Notes under the pieces: generated by a model
What the model saw: only the letters and a program-made list of their open reading frames with translations
The model's database searches: none
Told to the model about the DNA's origin: nothing
In this document: positions 56,227 through 64,000 of the stretch, piece after piece
Layout: every line of letters starts with the position of its first letter
Position numbering within the stretch: the stretch's first letter is position 1
Assembly (NCBI GenBank): GCA_964648335.1
Contig: CAZYLZ010000006.1
Span: 3,974 to 67,973, forward strand
Direction: 5' to 3'
DNA length: 64,000 nucleotides
Origin: an uncultured Candidatus Saccharibacteria bacterium
GTDB taxonomy: Bacteria > Patescibacteriota > Minisyncoccia > Phycocordibacterales > UBA2100
Program-made: the position numbers and the translations under genes

Positions 56227-57144
56227 ATGTACGATTTGATCATTGTAGGAGGAGGCCCGGCAGGAGTATCCGCAGCGGTCTATGCCGCACGCAAACAATT
56301 AAAAACAGCATTTATCACCGACGAGTGGGGCGGACAGAGTATCGTATCCGACGACATCCAGAACTGGATAGGTACACCCCACATCTCGGGCGCAGACCTC
56401 GCAAAGTCGCTTAAGGCGCATGTTACCGAATACGCTGGTTCGTTCGTGACCACGCTCTCTCCCAAGCGCGTCGCGTCTGTCGAGAGCAAGGCCGATTCGG
56501 TTTTGGTTACGCTAGCGTCCGGCGAGACACTTGAAGCACAGGCGCTTTTGGTTGCTACCGGTGCCAACCGACGCAAGCTCGCAGTACCTGGCGCCGATAT
56601 GTTCGAACACAAAGGACTCACATACTGCGCATCGTGCGACGGACCGTTGTTTGCCGACATGGATGTCGCAGTCGTAGGTGGCGGTAATGCCGCATTCGAG
56701 ACCGCAGCGCAGCTACTGGCTTACTGCAAATCGGTCACCCTCTTCAATCGCACCGACAAATACCGCGCCGACGAGATCACCGTCGCGAAAGTCCTCGCAA
56801 ATCCTAAGATGAAGGCCATCAACAACGCCGAGCTCGTCTCGATCGAGGGCGACAAGTTCGCCGCAGGCATCAAATACAAGGTTGCGGGCGCAGAATCGAC
56901 GCTTCCCGTTTCGGGCATCTTCGTCGAGATTGGACTCATTCCGAATACTGACTGGCTCGGTTCTCTCGTCGAGCTCAATGACGTCAAGCAGGTCGTGGTA
57001 AACCCCTGGACGCAACAGACTTCGAACCCGCGCATCTGGGCTGCCGGCGACGTCACCAATGCGCACTATCACCAAAACAATATTGCCGCCGGAGATGCGG
57101 TAAAGGCGCTCGAAGACATCTACATGTCGCTCAAGACCAAATAA
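56227..57144 (+). CDS. trxB: Thioredoxin-disulfide reductase
   Basis: MYDLIIVGGGPAG FAD motif, CASCDG redox-active disulfide, second GGGNAA NAD(P) motif. Confidence 0.85.
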   Translation: MYDLIIVGGGPAGVSAAVYAARKQLKTAFITDEWGGQSIVSDDIQNWIGTPHISGADLAKSLKAHVTEYAGSFVTTLSPKRVASVESKADSVLVTLASGETLEAQALLVATGANRRKLAVPGADMFEHKGLTYCASCDGPLFADMDVAVVGGGNAAFETAAQLLAYCKSVTLFNRTDKYRADEITVAKVLANPKMKAINNAELVSIEGDKFAAGIKYKVAGAESTLPVSGIFVEIGLIPNTDWLGSLVELNDVKQVVVNPWTQQTSNPRIWAAGDVTNAHYHQNNIAAGDAVKALEDIYMSLKTK

Positions 57145-57199
57145 GGCCAAGCTTCTGGCGCATTACTGAAAAAGTGGGGAATGCGGCCACTTTGTAAGT

Positions 57200-57229
57200 T
57201 TGACATAACAACACATATTGTGATATAAT
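57200..57229 (+). promoter_or_regulatory. Near-consensus promoter with extended -10
   Basis: TTGACA (57200-57205), 18-nt spacer, TGaTATAAT (57221-57229). Confidence 0.55.
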
Positions 57230-57266
57230 ACACTCAGGAATATAGGCAACCACGGAGTCCACTACC

Positions 57267-58043
57267 ATGAACAAAAAGCAGAACCCGCTGCAAATTCGCG
57301 TCGGCGATACGGTCAAGATTCGATTCACGCACTACACACCCACTCGAATTTTCCTCGCCGAAGTGCTTCATGTTACGGACCGAACGTTGATGGGCTGCGA
57401 CGCCTGCATCGACTACAAGCCCGAGGAGTCCGCACGGGACCTGGACGCCGAGAAGTCGAACATCCCCTACGGGTGCTCGGTCTCGCATGTCATCGAGGTC
57501 GTCAAACGTGCACCCTACAAGGCAATGAAGTCGGCGCCGACCAACATCTTCCGCGAGAATATCGTGAGGCAAACGATTGGTCGCAAGGGTGACCCGAGGA
57601 ATACGGGAGACTGGCAAGGATACTATCGCTTCGGCGACATCCGAGTCGGATACGAAGAGCTCGGCACGTTGGTCGAGATCGCCCTCGCCTCGGCGAAGGA
57701 TACCCTCGATCGCCCGATGGACATCCAGCGTTTCCGGAATCTGTGGGCTAAGGACGGCTATCGTGGCAAGGTCGCCTTGCCGGTCGATCCCCTGTTCGAA
57801 GACCCGTACACGAAGAAATACAATCCGTACACGGCTGTCCGTTGGAGCGTTTTCCGAAACTATGTGCTCGCCAATCGGCAAAAGATTCTCCTTTCCCGCA
57901 AAGAAATGGAGAAGGCAGGTCGCGAGTATAGTGAAGCGATGCAGGCGCGGGACGACGACTTCGACACGTCGTTCAGCCGCGATCTCGACGATGAGGCGGA
58001 GGAGTGTCGACACGATGAAGATGCTCTCGCCTTCACTGATTGA
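57267..58043 (+). CDS. Hypothetical protein (258 aa) with acidic C-terminus
   Basis: Clean ORF behind a strong promoter. Terminator gagcccggggaaaatacccgggctc at 58072-58103. Confidence 0.45.
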   Translation: MNKKQNPLQIRVGDTVKIRFTHYTPTRIFLAEVLHVTDRTLMGCDACIDYKPEESARDLDAEKSNIPYGCSVSHVIEVVKRAPYKAMKSAPTNIFRENIVRQTIGRKGDPRNTGDWQGYYRFGDIRVGYEELGTLVEIALASAKDTLDRPMDIQRFRNLWAKDGYRGKVALPVDPLFEDPYTKKYNPYTAVRWSVFRNYVLANRQKILLSRKEMEKAGREYSEAMQARDDDFDTSFSRDLDDEAEECRHDEDALAFTD

Positions 58044-58165
58044 GCATTTCGGTGACCAATAACGATCTTTCTAGAGCCCGGGGAAAATACCCGGGCTCTT
58101 CTTTTGCACATTCGTTTCCTCAGCTGTTTCCTCATTAAAAGCCCGGCATCGCTGCCGGGCTTTGG

Positions 58166-59083
58166 TCATTCACACGCGTAGTACTTGGTTCCTTCGTTCG
58201 GCGTGACCTCGAGCCGCTCAGTGCCGTTTGCACACAGCATGGCGAGCGCCCGTTGCCTGCACTCATCTGACTCAGATAGGCACATCACCGAATCGCTGTC
58301 TGGATTCTCCGGATCGTGCATAGCGACAGGATCATCCCCAGAATCAGGTGGATAGTAGGTCACGATCTCGTCTGTGCCGCGCTTTTTCGTCTCTGCCATC
58401 TCCTGTTCGCGAAGTGCCTCGAGTTCGGCATGCTTCTTGGCGAGCACACGAAGCTCTGCTGTGAGACGAGCGATTCGCGTCTCCAGTTCGATTGCCGCAG
58501 TCTTGGCTTGGACCGACGCGGCGGCATGTTGCTTCGACTGCGACGCGAGCTTTTCTTGCACCGCAGCCTGCGAGGCCTTGAGTGCAGAAATCTCGCTCTG
58601 GAGCGACTTCTGTAAGGCTTGTGCCGAATCTCGTTCGCGATCGAGTCCCTCAGAAAGTGCCTTTTTCTCGACACGCTCTGCTGCGATATTCTTGCGCAGC
58701 TCTTGGTTGTCGAAGACTGCTGTCGGAACACTCGCCTTCAACTGCTCCATCTCGGACGACAGGGCGTTAGTTCGCTCCTTCTGCCGGTCTCGCTCGAGCT
58801 CAGCGCTCTTCTGCAGACCGGTCGCGCGCTCGGCTATCGCAATCAACCGCTTCGCCTCGGCGGTCAGCTCGATATTCTCGTGCACGATATCCCGCATGCT
58901 TTTGGGATACCACAGGGTATACACGTAAAAAGAAGTCAGGAGGCAGAGCATGACTGCACAGAGCGAAAGCCCGGCAGTCTGCAGTGGCGACATCTTTCGG
59001 TAGGTCTCTAAGAGGCGCTCGAGCGCATCTATACTCGCAGCTATCACGGCATCCTCGTCGGTTTGAGTGAGAAGACTAGTCAA
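58166..59083 (-). CDS. Membrane-anchored coiled-coil protein
   Basis: One TM helix followed by long Ala/Glu/Lys/Gln-rich heptad region. Terminator hairpin aaagcccggcatcgctgccgggcttt at 58138-58165. Confidence 0.45.
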   Translation of the reverse strand: MTSLLTQTDEDAVIAASIDALERLLETYRKMSPLQTAGLSLCAVMLCLLTSFYVYTLWYPKSMRDIVHENIELTAEAKRLIAIAERATGLQKSAELERDRQKERTNALSSEMEQLKASVPTAVFDNQELRKNIAAERVEKKALSEGLDRERDSAQALQKSLQSEISALKASQAAVQEKLASQSKQHAAASVQAKTAAIELETRIARLTAELRVLAKKHAELEALREQEMAETKKRGTDEIVTYYPPDSGDDPVAMHDPENPDSDSVMCLSESDECRQRALAMLCANGTERLEVTPNEGTKYYACE

Positions 59084-59189
59084 AGAGCTGGTGCTCTTAC
59101 CGCCTTTACCATAGCCTTGTTTTAGTGATAGTCAAGGAATGCATAGCGTGCTATAACGCCGGTAGACTAAACAGACATGGAGTAACATC

Positions 59190-59576
59190 ATGGGTGCCTT
59201 CATCGACGGGGACGCTGACTTCGAAGAGCTGCAACTCGACCTCCCACCCTCGAAGATGCTTCTCGACGCGCAACTACATGGCCTTCTAGGCGATGACCAG
59301 TTAGCGGAACAGGCCTTGCGCAACATCCTAATCCTCACCAAGCGGAAAGACCGATGGTTTATCTTTACGCTCAAAGAGTACAAAGTACTCGTTGACCACG
59401 CAGTAACGGTCGACGAAGAAATGGCGTTCGATCGCCTAGTAGATTACGACTACCTGAGACGGCACATTCGCCAGTATCGTGTCGAGCAAAAGACGGCAGA
59501 TCTGCTTCTTAAAAGCGGTCGTGTGGCACACCTTGACTGGAGTCCGACGAGAACCTGTTTCGGCAGGCACAAATAG
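59190..59576 (+). CDS. Hypothetical protein (128 aa)
   Basis: Followed by terminator gaggcgccactctgtggcgcctcttttcg. Confidence 0.4.
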   Translation: MGAFIDGDADFEELQLDLPPSKMLLDAQLHGLLGDDQLAEQALRNILILTKRKDRWFIFTLKEYKVLVDHAVTVDEEMAFDRLVDYDYLRRHIRQYRVEQKTADLLLKSGRVAHLDWSPTRTCFGRHK

Positions 59577-59818
59577 CCTTCGAGGCGCCACTCTGTGGCG
59601 CCTCTTTTCGTAAAAACATGATTCTGTCCTATTTCAAGCCCCCCTTTGACCTATCCCCGCTCCTGTCGTACAACACTTGCAATTTCTTTAGTATCTGGTA
59701 TACTGTCCCCACGTAAGTACTTCAGACGTCGGTGTACACTCTACGACTTCCAAGTTTGTGTGAGATACGCTAGACGGCCTAAGGAGGTCGTCTTACGGGA
59801 TTAGATAACACACTACAC

Positions 59819-60118
59819 ATGTCCACCAAACTCTATATTGGAGGCATCAACTACAAGACGACAGATCAGGGCTTGCAGGAGGCTTTTGCCCCAGCAGGAA
59901 ACGTTCTCTCGGCTCGGATTATCATGGACAAGATGACTGGCCGCTCACGCGGATTCGGTTTCGTCGAGTTCGAATCTGAGGAGGATGCTAACAAAGCGAT
60001 CGAAATGTGGGACGGCAAGGAACTCGAGGGCCGCAAGCTCATCGTGAACATTGCTCGCCCTATGGAAGAGCGCGCACCACGCCGTGATTCAAACACCGGC
60101 GGAGGAAACCGCTGGTAA
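59819..60118 (+). CDS. RRM-type RNA-binding protein
   Basis: RNP-2 KLYIGGI and RNP-1 RGFGFVEF motifs. Terminator aaagccccagagcaatctggggcttttgg at 60160-60188. Confidence 0.8.
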   Translation: MSTKLYIGGINYKTTDQGLQEAFAPAGNVLSARIIMDKMTGRSRGFGFVEFESEEDANKAIEMWDGKELEGRKLIVNIARPMEERAPRRDSNTGGGNRW

Positions 60119-60286
60119 TCGCATGAGGCTCTCAGGCCTCATTCGACCAACGTACCAAAAGCCCCAGAGCAATCTGGGGCTTTTGGTATGCAAACGTTGT
60201 CCCGCTATTATGAAATAAAGCAGCGTGGTATCGTGTAATACCTAGTGCACTCTGTCGTCTAGAATTATGGAGAGCACGCAACCATC

Positions 60287-60889
60287 ATGAAAAAAATACT
60301 GCTCTCCCTGTTCGTCATGCTCTCGTTCGGAGGGTACGCCCTCTATAGCAAGAACGCTGCCGAAGCAGAAGCCAAGAATATACCAGTCGCCTCCATTGCT
60401 GACTCTGCACTTCCGACCGGCAGCGCAGCAGTCCCCGCACCGGCGCAACCCGCATACTCCGTCTCGCGTCGCCACGATGATGACGATGACGACGATGATC
60501 GACCCATTCGAAAGCCCGCGACAATCCCGGCTGTCCAACCCGCCACGATTCCGACACCCACAAACAATGTACCGACGCCCTCGCAGGCTCCGGTCGCAAC
60601 CGGGCAGTACAAAGACGGAAGCTACACGGGCAACTCGGCCGACGCGTACTACGGGTATGTGCAGGTGCAAGCCATCATCAAGGGCGGAAAGATTGCAGAC
60701 GTGAAGGTGCTCCAGTCGCCAAACGATCGCAGCACTTCGATACGCATAAACAGCCAGGCGATGCCGTATCTCGTTCAAGAAGCAATACAGGTTCAGAATG
60801 CCAAGGTAAACGTCGTCTCTGGCGCAACCGATTCGAGCTACGCATTCCAAGAGTCTCTTGGTACCGCTCTTGCCATAGCGCAGCGCTAA
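60287..60889 (+). CDS. Secreted/anchored FMN-binding-domain protein (ApbE substrate candidate) with poly-Asp tract
   Basis: Signal/TM N-terminus. FMN_bind pattern YKDGSYTG...GGKIADVKVL...VVSGATDSS with SGAT flavinylation motif. Run of 9 Asp. Confidence 0.7.
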   Translation: MKKILLSLFVMLSFGGYALYSKNAAEAEAKNIPVASIADSALPTGSAAVPAPAQPAYSVSRRHDDDDDDDDRPIRKPATIPAVQPATIPTPTNNVPTPSQAPVATGQYKDGSYTGNSADAYYGYVQVQAIIKGGKIADVKVLQSPNDRSTSIRINSQAMPYLVQEAIQVQNAKVNVVSGATDSSYAFQESLGTALAIAQR

Positions 60890-60891
60890 CC

Positions 60892-61635
60892 ATGATCGAA
60901 CGGCGCGACATCATGGGCATGCCGATTGCCGTCGATATAGTCGGCGCCGATACTACGTCGGGCCATGAGGCGGTATTCACGTACTTTCGTAGCATCGACA
61001 CTATCTTCAGCACCTACAAGCCTGAGAGCGAGATGAGTCGGATAAACCGAGGCGAGATAGCTCTGGCCGACGCAAGTGGGCTCATGAACGAGATCTTCGC
61101 GCGTGCCCGCGAGACCAAGGCGGATACAAACGGGTTCTTCGATATCGAACACGACGGCACGATCGATCCTTCGGGCATCGTCAAAGGATGGGCAATACAG
61201 AACGCCGCTCGCATCCTCGACGACCTCGGCTATGAGCATTTCTATGTCGAGGCCGGCGGAGACATCGAGGTACGCGGCTTCAACGATGAAGGCAAGCTCT
61301 GGCAGATAGGCATACGTAACCCATTCGAGAAGTCTCAAATAATCAAGGTCGTTGCACTCACCAACCGAGGTATCGCGACGTCTGGTGCGTATCTGCGTGG
61401 CGCGCACATCTACAACCCGCACGACTCGAGCGATACGCTCGCCGAGATAGCGAGCATGACCGTCATAGGACCAAACGCCTACGAGGCAGACCGCTTTGCC
61501 ACCGCCGCCTTTGCGATGGGTCGGGACGGCATCGCATTCATCGACTCGATTCCGGATCTTGAGGGATATTCAATCGACAAGTATGGCATCGCGACCATGA
61601 CGAGACGCTTCACCGACTTTACCCATACGACGTAA
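60892..61635 (+). CDS. apbE: FAD:protein FMN transferase ApbE family
   Basis: DPSGIVKGWAIQ, EAGGDIEV motifs typical of ApbE, located between two FMN_bind genes. Confidence 0.7.
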   Translation: MIERRDIMGMPIAVDIVGADTTSGHEAVFTYFRSIDTIFSTYKPESEMSRINRGEIALADASGLMNEIFARARETKADTNGFFDIEHDGTIDPSGIVKGWAIQNAARILDDLGYEHFYVEAGGDIEVRGFNDEGKLWQIGIRNPFEKSQIIKVVALTNRGIATSGAYLRGAHIYNPHDSSDTLAEIASMTVIGPNAYEADRFATAAFAMGRDGIAFIDSIPDLEGYSIDKYGIATMTRRFTDFTHTT

Positions 61636-61647
61636 CCCAAAGAATCT

Positions 61648-62535
61648 ATGCAATCATTCAATAAAAAAATACTCGCATCGGTCGCCACCATCGTTTCGTT
61701 TGCCGCGTATTCTGTCTACGTCCGCTCGAGCGACGCGTTAGCACTTGCCGCACGGGCGAATCCCGGCGATACGAGTGTGCTCGCGACCAAAGAATCTGCT
61801 CCGGCGCTCGAACGGCTTGACGCTACAGCGACCACGACTCTCCTCACCGTCCAAGAGATAAAGCAGCAAGCGCTCGAGGCGAAGCGACTTGCGATCGAGG
61901 CCGAGCTGCAAGCCGAGAAGACGCTCGCCACCATCGCCAAGCAAGAATCCTCCCCTCCACCGGCGAAACCCGCTAAGATTGCTGTCGCAACGGTTGTCAA
62001 AAAGGCAACGCCGACCGCAAAGCCGGCAGTGACAACAACAAAGACGGTCGCTTCCCCAACGCCACCACCCGCATCGAATGCGGCACAACTGCAGGCTGCC
62101 GCCGAGGCCACTGCACGTTCTGCCGCAGCTGCGCAGGCGCAAGCGCTCGCAGACCAACAGGCCCGCGATCAAGAAGCGGCGCGACAAGCTGCGGCAGCGG
62201 CCGAAGCTGCACGCCAAGTGGCCACTCAACAGGCAGCACAGGCAAGCGGACAGTACAAAAACGGCAGCTACACCGGTACAAGCGTCGATGCCTATTATGG
62301 CTTTGTACAGGTAGAGGCTATCATCCAAGGTGGCAAGCTCGCCGACGTCCGCTTTTTGTCATACCCCAACGATCGAAAGACGTCGGTGCGCATAAACACA
62401 AGTGCGATGCCAGAATTGATACAAGAGGCCATCCAGGCACAAAGTGCGAACGTCAACGGAGTGTCCGGAGCTTCTGACACCAGCCAGGCCTTCGTCGAGT
62501 CGCTCGGTGCCGCATTGTCGCAGGCACACGCATAA
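61648..62535 (+). CDS. Second FMN-binding-domain protein with Ala/Gln-rich linker, motif variant SGAS
   Basis: QYKNGSYTGTSVDAYYGFVQVEAIIQGGKLADVRFL...GVSGASDTS. TM/signal N-terminus. Confidence 0.7.
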   Translation: MQSFNKKILASVATIVSFAAYSVYVRSSDALALAARANPGDTSVLATKESAPALERLDATATTTLLTVQEIKQQALEAKRLAIEAELQAEKTLATIAKQESSPPPAKPAKIAVATVVKKATPTAKPAVTTTKTVASPTPPPASNAAQLQAAAEATARSAAAAQAQALADQQARDQEAARQAAAAAEAARQVATQQAAQASGQYKNGSYTGTSVDAYYGFVQVEAIIQGGKLADVRFLSYPNDRKTSVRINTSAMPELIQEAIQAQSANVNGVSGASDTSQAFVESLGAALSQAHA

Positions 62536-62552
62536 AACCACTCATGATCAAC

Positions 62553-64000
62553 GCCGTAGACTCATTTCTCAACAAGATTACGATGTACCGCCTTTTGGCG
62601 TATTACTTGGGCGGCCTGGTTGCAGTCGCGACAGCGTTTTCTGCCGTCGGCATCCTTCCGTACGATCCTCTGGCACTCCTCACATCGACTGCGTTTCTTG
62701 TGTCGGTGTGCTGGCTTTTTAATTACGTGATAGCCCGTATCTGGGAAACTCCTACCAACAGCGAATCTGCTCTCATCACGGCGCTCATATTGGCACTCAT
62801 CATCACGCCCGAGCGCCCTGATGTCTCGTTCTTTTTCTTGTTCTGGGCGGGCGTACTCGCAATGGCCTCGAAATACATCATCGCCATCCGTGCCAAACAT
62901 CTCTTTAATCCCGCGGCGCTTGCTGTTGCCATTACTGCTCTCGTCTTGGACCAACCCGCGACCTGGTGGGTAGGTGGCAATATACCGATGCTTCCCTTCG
63001 TTCTCGTCGGCGGCATCCTAATTGTACGCAAGATCCGACGTATTGATCTTGTGCTTTCATTCGTGGCCGCCGCGATACTGAGCTCGCTCGCGCCTGCGTT
63101 CATAAACGGTGGAGACGTGCTGACGACGCTTTCGCGCACACTCATCCACACGCCACTTTTCTTCTTTGCGTTTGTGATGATAACCGAGCCCCTGACCATG
63201 CCGCCGCGGCGACCAGGACGGATCGCATATGGATTGTTTGTCGGTGCACTCTTTGCGCCGTGGGTCAACATCGCTTCCTTCTACTTTACGCCCGAGTTAG
63301 CACTCCTGGCCGGCAACATGCTCTCGTACGCACTCAGCCCCAAGTTCAAGATGCTTCTTAAGCTCAAAGAAAAGATACTCTTGGCCGATAACGCTTACGA
63401 ATTTGTCTTCGACGCCTCGGGGCATACCTTTATTCCGGGACAATACGCAGAATGGACGATACCCGCCGATTCGTCGGACTCACGTGGTAATCGACGGTTC
63501 TTCACCATCTCATCTGCTCCGAACGACCCGGAGATACGCGTCGGCATCAAGCTCTATCCTAATCCGAGCACATTCAAGAAACGCCTTTCCGAGCTGGTTG
63601 CCGGCGACACAGTGCTCGCTGGAACTATCGCGGGCGACTTTACCATGCCAAATAATACGGCTCAAAAGCTCACTTTTATAGCGGGCGGCATCGGTGTGAC
63701 GCCGTTCATCAGCATGATTCGCTCACTAGACGACACTAAACAGAAGCGAGATATCGTCTTCTTCTATGGCAACGCAAAAGAGTCGGAGATTGCGTACCGG
63801 GATCTCATCGAAGCTATCGCGCAAACCGCCGGAGTACGTGTCGTCTACGCGCTCTCTGACAAAACCGTTCCCGAGACATGGCAGGGTGAGCGCGGTTTCG
63901 TAAACGCAGCCATGATTGCTCGGCATGTGCCCGACCATGCCGACCGCCTCTTCTATATTTCGGGTCCGAATTCGATGGTTATGGCAGTCTCAAACGAACT
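62553..64000 (+). CDS. Polytopic membrane protein fused to ferredoxin-NADP-reductase-like FAD/NAD(P)-binding domain (continues beyond window end)
   Basis: No stop from ATG 62553 to the window end, so absent from the ORF table. 6+ TM helices, then RRFFTISSAP (RxYS-like FAD motif) and FIAGGIGVTPF (GGxGxxP NAD motif). Confidence 0.6.

Overview
This 64-kb window looks like a bacterial chromosome segment with a compact, streamlined gene set (IF2 of only 503 aa, a four-domain S1 protein, an AICAR-transformylase-only PurH, many small secreted or membrane proteins). That pattern fits a reduced-genome lineage such as CPR/Patescibacteria, but this is inference only. The housekeeping backbone is clpB (partial), infB-rbfA, glmS, gyrA, rpsA, pth, lepB, rpsU-ybeY, ftsA-ftsZ, trxB, two tRNA-Leu and one tRNA-Lys. 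Interspersed accessory or cell-surface modules are:
- A type IV pilus operon (3004-12504, minus): pilB, pilC, four prepilin-like genes, a 1305-aa vWA-domain tip-pilin-like protein and a beta-propeller pseudopilin.
- A secreted GH-like / 3D-domain pair (12647-14819).
- An icaADB/pgaCDB-like exopolysaccharide locus (14934-20184): GT2, a small 2-TM partner, and a giant CE4 deacetylase fused to CBM and Ig-like domains with an internal 128-nt exact duplication.
- A secreted tandem-repeat protein with a (GDGGG)n tract, plus two paralogous proteins sharing a peptidoglycan-binding C-terminal domain.
- An unusual array of three small coiled-coil and four small two-TM paralogous proteins (34806-37128), co-oriented with an SBP-like gene, a SAM methyltransferase and gyrA.
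- A roughly 630-nt promoter-to-terminator non-coding transcription unit upstream of rpsA (43532-44171).
- tRNA-Leu loci flanked by inverted duplicates of their own 3' ends, next to a GGGATTCG-repeat structured region.
- An IS200/IS605-like element with a frameshifted tnpA (49766-50300), and a DUF559 endonuclease pseudogene flanked by inverted repeats (51995-52530).
- An extracytosolic flavinylation module (FMN-bind, ApbE, FMN-bind) followed by a membrane FNR-like oxidoreductase that runs off the window end.
No CRISPR array was seen. All calls are from reading the sequence and ORF translations; no database searches were run.
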